In this document: positions 7,850 to 15,061 of the stretch, piece by piece | Numbering within the stretch: position 1 is the first letter of the stretch | Layout: each line of letters begins with the position of its first letter | IMG/VR virus record: IMGVR_UViG_3300029846_000266 | Coordinates: 1-22,665 of that record | Length of the DNA: 22,665 bases | From: a virus | Reading direction: 5' to 3' (one strand) | The notes under the pieces: model-generated | What the model saw: only the letters and a program-made list of their open reading frames with translations | The model's database searches: none | What the model was told of the DNA's origin: nothing | Made by a program: the position numbers and the translations under genes

Positions 7850-9337
7850 TTAACTGCACCACTCAGGCAGGTTTGCGCGCACGAGGGCCTCTGCGAAGGG
7901 CGGCGGCACGGCGTTGCCGCAGCGGGCGGTCTGTTTGAACTTCGGATATTCCCGCCCAGTGTAGTCCCGGTCGATTATGTAGTCGTCCGGGAATCCATTG
8001 GCACGATACAGCTCCCTCGGTATCAGCATGCGTAGGCCGATATCGGCTATGAAATACCACGCGCCTCCAAGCTCAAGCAGCAGCACCTCGTCATCCGCCA
8101 GCGCGTACCCGCAGTGAATATTGAGCAGGCCGCGGATCTTCAGCCAGTTGTGCAGCACTGCGCCCGGCTCCGCTTTCCGCACCTCTGTAGTGACCACGCC
8201 ATGATGACCTCCGCCCGCGGTGATGGTCTGCACCGGCTCATAAACCGCTCCGCCGAGGTTTGTGCCCTTCATCTTGACCAGGCTTGCAAGCGTCAGGCCA
8301 GCGCGGTCTCGCGCTGTAACAGTGCGCAGAGGGACCGTCACGTTCTGCCCATGGCGCTCAGCGCCGTAATATGCAGTCAGCGATGCCGCCGCCAGCCCGT
8401 AACGGTTGGCGGCGTCTATTGTCATCAGTGGCTCTGTCACGTTCTGCCCCCGGATATGCTCGTGCCGCTCCGTGTGATACTGGATGATGTAAGGCCGGCA
8501 GGCTCCACGTTCCCCAGGCCTTTCCGCAGCAGGCACTGCATACAGTGCCGACGACCTAATCACAAACTTGTCCACGCCGCGGATGACACGCCGCATGGTG
8601 TTTGGGCTGAGTGGTCGCTGTGCGGTGAGGCCGTACTTATCTCGCACTTCCTTCCGCGTGTCAAAGATGGACGGGCATGGCAGCGACCAGTCGATGATTT
8701 CCGCCGCGCTCCTCCACGGCTTTCTCACCCCCGCCTTCGCCTCCGGGCTGTCAGCCGGCGCGTGGGTAGGCTCCGGCCACGCGATGGGCCGCCCGTCGCA
8801 GCGGGCAATGAGGAAAAACCTCTTGCGCGTTGTTGGCGCGCCATAGTCCGCGGCTACCAGCTCGCGCCACTCGACGTCATACCCCAAGTCCCGGAGCTGC
8901 CCCAGCCACTTTGTGAATGTCTGACCGGCCTTTGATTTTACCGGGCGTCCACGACGCACCGGTCCCCAGGTCTGGAACTCCTCCACGTTCTCCAGGATGA
9001 TCACCCGCGGCCGCACCGTTCCCGCCCAGCGCAGGACGATCCAAGCGAGGCCCCTGATATGCTTGTCCACGGGCTTCCCGCCCTTGGCTTTGGAGAAATG
9101 CTTGCAATCCGGGGACGCCCACAGCAGGCCCACCGGCCTGCCGGCGCAGACCTCCACGGGGTCAACATCCCACACGCTGGCCTGAATGTGCTCAGTGCGC
9201 GGGTGGTTCGTCTTGTGCATGAGTATTGCGTCCGGGTCGTGGTTGATAGCGATATCGACCGGCCGCCCGGTCGCGAGCTCAATGCCCGTAGACGCTCCGC
9301 CGCCTCCGGCAAAGCTGTCGACTATGAGCTCTCTCAT
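7850..9337 (-). CDS. DNA (cytosine-5)-methyltransferase (495 aa)
   Basis: Motif I is DSFAGGGG. A catalytic-Cys motif SPDCKHFS, an ENV motif (IILENVEEF) and motif X GNAVPP near the C-terminus are also present. Confidence 0.85.
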   Translation of the reverse strand: MRELIVDSFAGGGGASTGIELATGRPVDIAINHDPDAILMHKTNHPRTEHIQASVWDVDPVEVCAGRPVGLLWASPDCKHFSKAKGGKPVDKHIRGLAWIVLRWAGTVRPRVIILENVEEFQTWGPVRRGRPVKSKAGQTFTKWLGQLRDLGYDVEWRELVAADYGAPTTRKRFFLIARCDGRPIAWPEPTHAPADSPEAKAGVRKPWRSAAEIIDWSLPCPSIFDTRKEVRDKYGLTAQRPLSPNTMRRVIRGVDKFVIRSSALYAVPAAERPGERGACRPYIIQYHTERHEHIRGQNVTEPLMTIDAANRYGLAAASLTAYYGAERHGQNVTVPLRTVTARDRAGLTLASLVKMKGTNLGGAVYEPVQTITAGGGHHGVVTTEVRKAEPGAVLHNWLKIRGLLNIHCGYALADDEVLLLELGGAWYFIADIGLRMLIPRELYRANGFPDDYIIDRDYTGREYPKFKQTARCGNAVPPPFAEALVRANLPEWCS

Positions 9338-9663
9338 TCACCCCGCCCTCCCATTTTCTGCTCATATTTCTCGCGCGTTCCTTTATATTTGCGCACCATT
9401 GCCCGCTCTTCCTTTAGCATCTCCATCTGCCCCGGCGTCAGCAGCGGGGCACGGCGGTTCCAATCGGCCAATGCCGTCTTTTCCGAACTGTGCCACTCAG
9501 CCATCGTCCCGCAGTCGCTGCACCTATATCCAAACTCTCCGCAGGCATACATACTTTTTATGTCTGCACCGGCGCATGAAGGGCACGGTATTGCCACCCC
9601 TTGATCCGTCAGCCTCTCTGCTGCGTCGTGGTCTCCAAGCATCGCGCGTTGTATGTCAGTCAT
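9334..9663 (-). CDS. Lar-family restriction-alleviation-like protein (109 aa)
   Basis: The protein has a zinc ribbon (CPSC...CSDC) followed by the family hallmark ALADWNRRAP. ATGA overlaps link it to both neighbours. Confidence 0.65.
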   Translation of the reverse strand: MTDIQRAMLGDHDAAERLTDQGVAIPCPSCAGADIKSMYACGEFGYRCSDCGTMAEWHSSEKTALADWNRRAPLLTPGQMEMLKEERAMVRKYKGTREKYEQKMGGRGE

Positions 9664-10460
9664 CTGAATTCCTCCATCCTGTAGTTAAGTTCGTCATCGA
9701 GCATCGCCCAGCGGAACACTTTGTCGTCTGGAGATAGGAGGCCCATGTCCTCAAGCTCGAAGCGGCGGTCAAAGTCGTGTGCGGTGTGCCCGTCAGCCTT
9801 TAACGTTACAGGGCTATCTCTATCCCATTTGAGCATCAGCGCCCAAAGCTCAGGGTAATTGTGTCGCAGGATACGTAGCTGATTAACGCTTTGATTGTGG
9901 CAATACCAGCACCCGCCGCGCGCCGATGAGGTATATATTGGCGATAGTAGGTTATTTTCTTCGCACCAGCGTCGGCAGTCTGCCTCTGTCCATCCTGCTT
10001 CTAATAGCGGGGAGCGTTTCTTGTCAGACAATACATGAAACCTGCTAGGTTCGTCTGCGGCTATGCCAACATACTGCATTGCGTCCTTCGGCAGTTTCCC
10101 AAGTACATGCTGTTTAAGTCGAGAGTTACACCATGGGCCGCGCTGAAAGGGCCAGCCATAAATGCTCCCAGCACATTTGCTTTTTGCCGCCCGCCCATTG
10201 TTGCCGCATATCATATAAAAACAATCTTGATATGTGTATTTACTGCGAATATGTTCGACAGTGATGCCCCAGCGGTCTTTGATAGTCTTATCGGCGTATG
10301 CCTTAAACTCCACCATCGGCGGCAAATCCGCTGGTATTGTATCCGTTGCCCATACCTCAGCGTGGACTATGCGGTCAAGCGGCCATCCCAACTGTTCGAT
10401 GGCTCCGAGACACGCAAGGCTGTCTTTACCATGGCTTAGGCACAGTATGTGCTCCGACAT
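9660..10460 (-). CDS. PAPS reductase / PP-loop ATP-pyrophosphatase family protein (266 aa)
   Basis: It has a PP-loop-like LSHGKDS at the N-terminus and a C-terminal GGCWYCHNQ. The start at 10458-10460 follows GAAGGAGGAG. Confidence 0.7.
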   Translation of the reverse strand: MSEHILCLSHGKDSLACLGAIEQLGWPLDRIVHAEVWATDTIPADLPPMVEFKAYADKTIKDRWGITVEHIRSKYTYQDCFYMICGNNGRAAKSKCAGSIYGWPFQRGPWCNSRLKQHVLGKLPKDAMQYVGIAADEPSRFHVLSDKKRSPLLEAGWTEADCRRWCEENNLLSPIYTSSARGGCWYCHNQSVNQLRILRHNYPELWALMLKWDRDSPVTLKADGHTAHDFDRRFELEDMGLLSPDDKVFRWAMLDDELNYRMEEFR

Positions 10461-10773
10461 TGTCCGCTCCTCCTTCAACAAATCCCAGCTCCCGCAGCAG
10501 CTCGTGTGGGACAGGGATCACTTCATAACGTGACTTGATCCGCCGTGTCTCGTCGCGCTCCGTCCACTCGTGGCTGAGCAGCACACGTTCCCCTGCTGTG
10601 CCGAGGTGCAGATAATGCCGCTCCCCCTCGAGCGAGAACTGAAGCAGGCACGCCCCGCTCGGGTATCGTACAAAGCGTTGCCCGCCTTTCTGCCCTGTCT
10701 TAATGCCGTAATGCTTAGCCAGGCGCAGCATCCTCGCCGGAGTGATATTAAGCCTCCGCCCCGCCGCATCCAT
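10426..10773 (-). CDS. Hypothetical protein (115 aa), possible N-terminal HTH
   Basis: ATG 10771-10773 lies 6 nt after GGAGG. The sequence ITPARMLRLAKHYGIKTGQ looks HTH-like. Confidence 0.45.
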   Translation of the reverse strand: MDAAGRRLNITPARMLRLAKHYGIKTGQKGGQRFVRYPSGACLLQFSLEGERHYLHLGTAGERVLLSHEWTERDETRRIKSRYEVIPVPHELLRELGFVEGGADNVGAHTVPKPW

Positions 10774-11338
10774 GCCCGTCCTCCGTATCAAACCAGTTCC
10801 GGCTCTCAAGCCAGGTCCATATTGGCCCAGGCTCATCCGGGCGGCTCAGCCTCACCGCCAGCGCCGACTCGCTGTCACTCAGCACTACGCAGCCGGTCTG
10901 TAGGTATGACACATAAGCAGTGTTCCGCTCTCGCAGAGCCCAGCCGGGACCGATGCCGTATATATGTTCGTCCAACGTCTGAACAAGCTGCTGGGCCCCG
11001 AGCCGCAGCGGCAACAGCGCGCAGGGCCGCTCCGCATAGCTGCGATTGAAATATGTACTGTACTCAGTCTCGAAAACCTCGTCCTGCATGCCCTGTGCGC
11101 TCCAGCCGCTCTTCCCTTTCGAGACGCTCAGGCAGTCTCCGGGACCGGGCACATAGCCGAGCATTTCCACAAGCGCGGCAAGGACGATCTTCGGCGGCTC
11201 GTCCATCGCATCCAGCTGCAAGCTCGCGGCCCAGCCAGGGCCGAGCAGATCCATGCGCCCGCCTAGTACCCGCAGCCGTAAGCCCACAGTTCCCGAGCTC
11301 TTGAGCGCACGAGCCAGCCTCTTTTCATTTATTATCAT
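10748..11338 (-). CDS. Hypothetical phage protein (196 aa from MIINEKRLARAL)
   Basis: ATG 11336-11338 is preceded by GAAGGAGAA. Confidence 0.5.
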   Translation of the reverse strand: MIINEKRLARALKSSGTVGLRLRVLGGRMDLLGPGWAASLQLDAMDEPPKIVLAALVEMLGYVPGPGDCLSVSKGKSGWSAQGMQDEVFETEYSTYFNRSYAERPCALLPLRLGAQQLVQTLDEHIYGIGPGWALRERNTAYVSYLQTGCVVLSDSESALAVRLSRPDEPGPIWTWLESRNWFDTEDGHGCGGAEA

Positions 11339-11849
11339 TTCCGTTCTCCTTCGCCACCTTGTTTGGCGGCCATCCATTGTAATTTCGCCAGTTGCTTATC
11401 TTGGCAGGCGGCACTCCCAACCTGTCTGCTATTTGCCTGTCCGTGAGCCCCTGCTTGTACAGTTCCCTGCGCAGGTCATATTCCGGGACCCGTGCGCTGT
11501 TTATGGGCAGCTCGTTTACCCTGCGCCATCGCTGTACCGATCTGACTCCCGTGCCGCAGCGCTCGGCGATTTCGGCATCGGTGCAGCCGGCCTTATAGAG
11601 TTTCAGGCGATGTGCGTTCAGCTTGGCCCGCTTTTCCAGTGCTTCCGCAAATCTCAGCCGGCCGCGGACCTCATCGGCTATCTGCTTGCGCATCTTATCT
11701 CCGCGCGGCCCCAGCTCCCGGCACCGGCAGCCGTCCCCGCTGGGTTCGCCCATTGTATATGCCCTGCTCACTCGCCGGTTCAGGCAGTACAGGCAGGCGA
11801 CAAGGTCCTCATCGAGATGTATGCACCCGATACAGTACTCAGTTATCAT
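11325..11849 (-). CDS. DNA-binding protein with an N-terminal Cys cluster and two tandem HTH units (174 aa)
   Basis: An internal duplication is visible: LYKAGCTDAEIAERCGTGVRSVQRWRR and LYKQGLTDRQIADRLGVPPAKISNWRN. CIGC...CLYC lies at the N-terminus. Confidence 0.55.
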   Translation of the reverse strand: MITEYCIGCIHLDEDLVACLYCLNRRVSRAYTMGEPSGDGCRCRELGPRGDKMRKQIADEVRGRLRFAEALEKRAKLNAHRLKLYKAGCTDAEIAERCGTGVRSVQRWRRVNELPINSARVPEYDLRRELYKQGLTDRQIADRLGVPPAKISNWRNYNGWPPNKVAKENGNDNK

Positions 11850-12168
11850 CGCCCGTTTCCCCGAGCATCTTCATCCGCTTGCCTGTATAGCGGCAGTATT
11901 CATGCTCGATCCTCGCCCCGGCGGATGACTCCCACCCCGGCAGGAAAGCGACCAGGTCCGCGCTGTCGATCATGGCGAGGCATATGCGCATATAGTCCGC
12001 GCTCTTCATGCCCTCGGGCAGGTGTGCCGGGTTCAGCACTATGTGTCCCTCGTTCTTCTGCTCCATGTGCGCGGAAAGAAACTTGCGCTTGTACTCGGGG
12101 TCTCCTGTGATTTTGCCAGCTATGTATACCTTCAGCGGCGCCACCGCCGCGGTCTGTATCGCAGTCAT
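11839..12168 (-). CDS. DUF4406-type protein (nucleoside 2-deoxyribosyltransferase-like fold), about 109 aa
   Basis: The pattern VYIAGKITG...GHIVLNPA...YMRICLAMIDSADLVAFLPGWESSAGARIE matches the DUF4406 pattern as I remember it. The start is either ATG 12166-12168 or GTG 12178-12180. Confidence 0.7.
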   Translation of the reverse strand: MTAIQTAAVAPLKVYIAGKITGDPEYKRKFLSAHMEQKNEGHIVLNPAHLPEGMKSADYMRICLAMIDSADLVAFLPGWESSAGARIEHEYCRYTGKRMKMLGETGDDN

Positions 12169-12183
12169 GCTATTGTCCACTCC

Positions 12184-12606
12184 TCAAAATAATCTTGTCT
12201 GGCGTTCTTCGACTTCGCGCAGCGCCGCCTGCTCGGCGGCCCGCGCCTCTGCCCGTTCCCGCCGTGCCTGGGCCTCAGCCCGCTCCCGGAGCACCTGTTC
12301 ATGTATGCGCTGCTCAAGTGGAGTCCGTTTCCGTTCTCCCGGCGGCGCCTTGTCCCTGCGCCGGCCGGGGCAGCGGCCCCAGTGCGGCACGTAGCCGCTC
12401 TCCTGCGGTACTGCGGGATGTCCGACCAGCGTCCCCCGCTCATATGAGCCGTCGCGCTGATAGAACAGCAGCGGCCCGTCGGCATCCGGCCAGTAGAGCA
12501 CTGGCTCCGCCTCGCAGGGCATGTTCTTCCCCGCCCGCGTGCGGATGAATATCAGAGGCTTGCCGCACTCGCGGCAGGGTATCTCAAACCGCTCCTGTCT
12601 TGCCAT
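12184..12606 (-). CDS. Hypothetical zinc-ribbon protein with an Arg/Glu/Ala-rich helical tail (140 aa)
   Basis: ATG 12604-12606 follows AAAGGAGG. CRECG...C is near the N-terminus. Confidence 0.5.
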   Translation of the reverse strand: MARQERFEIPCRECGKPLIFIRTRAGKNMPCEAEPVLYWPDADGPLLFYQRDGSYERGTLVGHPAVPQESGYVPHWGRCPGRRRDKAPPGERKRTPLEQRIHEQVLRERAEAQARRERAEARAAEQAALREVEERQTRLF

Positions 12607-12784
12607 AGCCTTCCGCCTCCTTTGCCGGGCCCAGCTTCTTTGTCCGGCACTCATGCGCAATGGGCAGCCAGCGCACGCCCCAAACCTTCGCCGCCGCGAT
12701 GATGGCGCGCAGCCTGTCCTCCGCCGTTACCTCCACGTCCTCATAGAGATCGTGCCGTACTTCCCACCTGTCCACGCCGCTCAC
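12584..12784 (-). CDS. Hypothetical protein (66 aa, GTG start)
   Basis: A GTGA start/stop overlap with the upstream gene suggests translational coupling. Confidence 0.4.
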   Translation of the reverse strand: MSGVDRWEVRHDLYEDVEVTAEDRLRAIIAAAKVWGVRWLPIAHECRTKKLGPAKEAEGYGKTGAV

Positions 12785-13080
12785 CTGCCAAAGAGCCGCG
12801 AGAAAAGAGAGGCGAAAGGTTTTTTAATTTCCATTTCTACAACGTCTGCGTCCTTGGCCGCCTCAATAGCCTCATCCATAAGTCCGGGGAATTGTGTCTC
12901 CAGCGTTTTAAGCCCCATAAGGGCGCTCGCATATGTGCTTATCAGCGTTTCCCGGTCGCCCTGTATACTGGTCAAAAAGTGTGCTTCTCCTGCGCTGCCA
13001 AACGCGCCCAGCGCGCAGTCGCACTCCCGCTCAAGCAGCGGCTTGTCCTTGCCCTTTTCTCTGATAGTAACGATGTACAT
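12781..13080 (-). CDS. Hypothetical protein (99 aa from MYIVTIREKG)
   Basis: ATG 13078-13080 lies 7 nt after GGAGG. Confidence 0.5.
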   Translation of the reverse strand: MYIVTIREKGKDKPLLERECDCALGAFGSAGEAHFLTSIQGDRETLISTYASALMGLKTLETQFPGLMDEAIEAAKDADVVEMEIKKPFASLFSRLFGR

Positions 13081-13121
13081 GTCCATTCCTCCGTCGTCAT
13101 ATTTGCAAGCGGCCCAGCCGC

Positions 13122-13751
13122 TCACCACACATATCCATAGCAGAACACATGCGCCCCTATCCGCCCCCACACCCTGTCATTCTCGGCGCCGCGGGAGAAG
13201 TACAGCACCTCATACGGCACGACCTCAGTCTCAAACGCCGCGTCCACGGCCTCGTAGTTGGCCTCATTCGGCACCACGCTCCCAAGGATGGGCGCAGTTG
13301 AAAACTGCCGTTCCTGGTATATGACCTCGCTCACCGTGTCCGGGAAGCTCTCGGAGCGCACGCGGTTGAGCACCACCTGGGCCACCGCGATCTGCCCCTC
13401 AAGCGTTTCCGTGTTTGCCTCGGCATACACCACGCGGGCGAGCAGCTCCCGCTCCTCCGCTGTGATTTCCTCATACCGCGGCTCTGGTTCAGGCTCAGCG
13501 GGCGGTTCAGGTATCTGCGGCTCATGTGCCGCCACGTCCGGCGCTACCGCCAGATGCGCCGCCAAGGCGGCGGAGCTGTAAACAGGCGCGGGCAGCTCAC
13601 TTGCCGCCCGCGCCTCCTGCGCACTCAGGCGCAGCGATATGATGGCGGCGAGGATGATGAGCAGCACGCACAGTGCTATGTACCCGGCCAATACGGCCTT
13701 CCCCCTCCAATTTCTCATCTTTCCCCGCCGCCTTTCTTTTGTGTTCTTCAT
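13122..13751 (-). CDS. Membrane-anchored SleB-like cell-wall hydrolase (Hydrolase_2-type domain)
   Basis: LLARVVYAEANTETLEGQIAVAQVVLNRVRSESFPDTVSEVIYQERQF matches the SleB/CwlJ-type domain pattern. An N-terminal TM segment (AVLAGYIALCVLLIILAAIISL) is present. The start is 13751 or 13718. Confidence 0.7.
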   Translation of the reverse strand: MKNTKERRRGKMRNWRGKAVLAGYIALCVLLIILAAIISLRLSAQEARAASELPAPVYSSAALAAHLAVAPDVAAHEPQIPEPPAEPEPEPRYEEITAEERELLARVVYAEANTETLEGQIAVAQVVLNRVRSESFPDTVSEVIYQERQFSTAPILGSVVPNEANYEAVDAAFETEVVPYEVLYFSRGAENDRVWGRIGAHVFCYGYVW

Positions 13752-13765
13752 GTGAGCGCGTTCCC

Positions 13766-14149
13766 TTAGTGGATGTCCACTATCATCACCTTGCCGCCGC
13801 TCAGTGTTGCCGCGAGCTGCAGCTGCTCCAGGCATTCAAGGCTCTCACAGCGCTCCAGCATAGCCGCCAGCTCCATGAGCAGCAGCGCCGCCCCTCCGCG
13901 GTCCCTGTCCGCCCGGCCCGGCGCTTCCGGTGCCAGTGCGTTGACCTCCCGCGCAGCTTCCGACTCCGCCGCCGCCTTCTGCTTGGGCTTTGGCCCCGGC
14001 TTCACATATCCGCTCTCCGGATTGCGCAGGAGGATATCCTTTATCCAGTCCGCCTTTACCGCATTCAGCTCCGCCAGCACCTTGATTTGCTTGGGCTTGT
14101 TCTTCGCCGTCCGGTACTCCCGGACGATTTCGCTTTCGGACATAACCAT
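13766..14149 (-). CDS. Hypothetical protein (127 aa; N-terminus SESEIVREYRTAKNKPKQIKVLAELN)
   Basis: SD GAGGGG lies 7 nt upstream of the ATG. The gene is packed in the operon. Confidence 0.5.
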   Translation of the reverse strand: MVMSESEIVREYRTAKNKPKQIKVLAELNAVKADWIKDILLRNPESGYVKPGPKPKQKAAAESEAAREVNALAPEAPGRADRDRGGAALLLMELAAMLERCESLECLEQLQLAATLSGGKVMIVDIH

Positions 14150-14162
14150 GTTTGTACCCCTC

Positions 14163-14360
14163 TCAGTCCGCCAGCACGTAGCCGTACGGGCGTATTATCC
14201 TGTTGATACCGCTGCGCATGCGCGAGCGTTCCTCCTCCGTCGTCGGCCGCCGGTGTACGATACAGGTCGTGACGCCCTGCTTTGGGCCATAGTCGTACCG
14301 TAATATGTACCCGTCCTCGGTCTCCTCTTTCGTGATTATCGGATATACAGGCTCCGCCAC
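14163..14360 (-). CDS. Hypothetical small protein (65 aa, GTG start)
   Basis: SD GGAGGTGA lies 6 nt upstream of the GTG. Confidence 0.45.
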   Translation of the reverse strand: MAEPVYPIITKEETEDGYILRYDYGPKQGVTTCIVHRRPTTEEERSRMRSGINRIIRPYGYVLAD

Positions 14361-14419
14361 AGCCCCTCACCTCCACCTTCAAGCCTATGTGTGCCCGCAG
14401 TTGCCCTATGCCTTGCCGT

Positions 14420-14944
14420 TCAGGCGCTCCCGTTCATAGCCTCGAACAGGTCGCAGCTGTCCTTCCAATTTGGGTACTTGAATCCTCTGCCTCTTGGGCA
14501 GCAATGTCCGCGACTAATGGGGCTGAACGCGCCTGAAGCCGTAATAACGTAGTGTTGGTGGAAATTACGACAGTTTGCGCACACTTTATCGTTGTTGGAA
14601 ATTTTGAAGCATTCTCGGGCCTCTTTCAGGGCCTTTTCTGCCGTTCCGAGAACAATGAACCGCGCTATTACTGCCAGTGCTCTTACGTTTAGTGAACAAG
14701 TATCGCCCGTTCTCTTTGTCTCCTCTTTTTCAGTCTCCTCGTCCCAGCCCATCAGATGAGCCGCGTTTGTTTCCAAGGCGTGTGCAATCGGTTCCAGATA
14801 CTTGGAAGGGATTTTCTCAATGTCGCCGTTTTCATATCGGTACACAGTTGCGCGCGACACTCCTAGCACCTTGGCAACCTCATCGACGGATATCTTTAAG
14901 CTTTTGCGCCGCTCCTTCATTCGTTCTCCAAATGTCTTTGGCAT
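14420..14944 (-). CDS. XRE-family HTH regulator with a C-terminal Cys-rich domain (174 aa)
   Basis: The N-terminal HTH is ISVDEVAKVLGVSRATVYRYENG. The C-terminus contains CANC...HCC...C. SD is GAGGAGG. Confidence 0.75.
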   Translation of the reverse strand: MPKTFGERMKERRKSLKISVDEVAKVLGVSRATVYRYENGDIEKIPSKYLEPIAHALETNAAHLMGWDEETEKEETKRTGDTCSLNVRALAVIARFIVLGTAEKALKEARECFKISNNDKVCANCRNFHQHYVITASGAFSPISRGHCCPRGRGFKYPNWKDSCDLFEAMNGSA

Positions 14945-15026
14945 GGGCTTGTGAACCTCCTCTTGCTCTCTCGCCTTTTTTACTGCGCTAAGCTTTTACA
15001 GCGCGGAGAACCGCATATTAAAACAT

Positions 15027-15055
15027 TTGCCAACTTGTCCCATGAATGGTATTAT
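15027..15055 (+). promoter_or_regulatory. Sigma-70-type promoter with an extended -10 (TTGCCA-N17-TATTAT, with TGg before the -10)
   Basis: Read directly: -35 at 15027-15032, TG at 15047-15048, -10 at 15050-15055. Confidence 0.55.
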
Positions 15056-15061
15056 TATTTG

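Noticed and set aside
9001-9312. Alternative-frame ORFs inside the methyltransferase gene (for example 9001-9312 and 8877-9122).
   Set aside because: They overlap a frame carrying all the diagnostic methyltransferase motifs and have low-complexity translations.
11253-13324. Long plus-strand ORFs (11253-12110 and 12521-13324) across the early operon.
   Set aside because: They run opposite a chain of SD-preceded, translationally coupled minus-strand genes that includes the recognisable DUF4406 gene. Their translations are Pro/Arg/Ser-rich.
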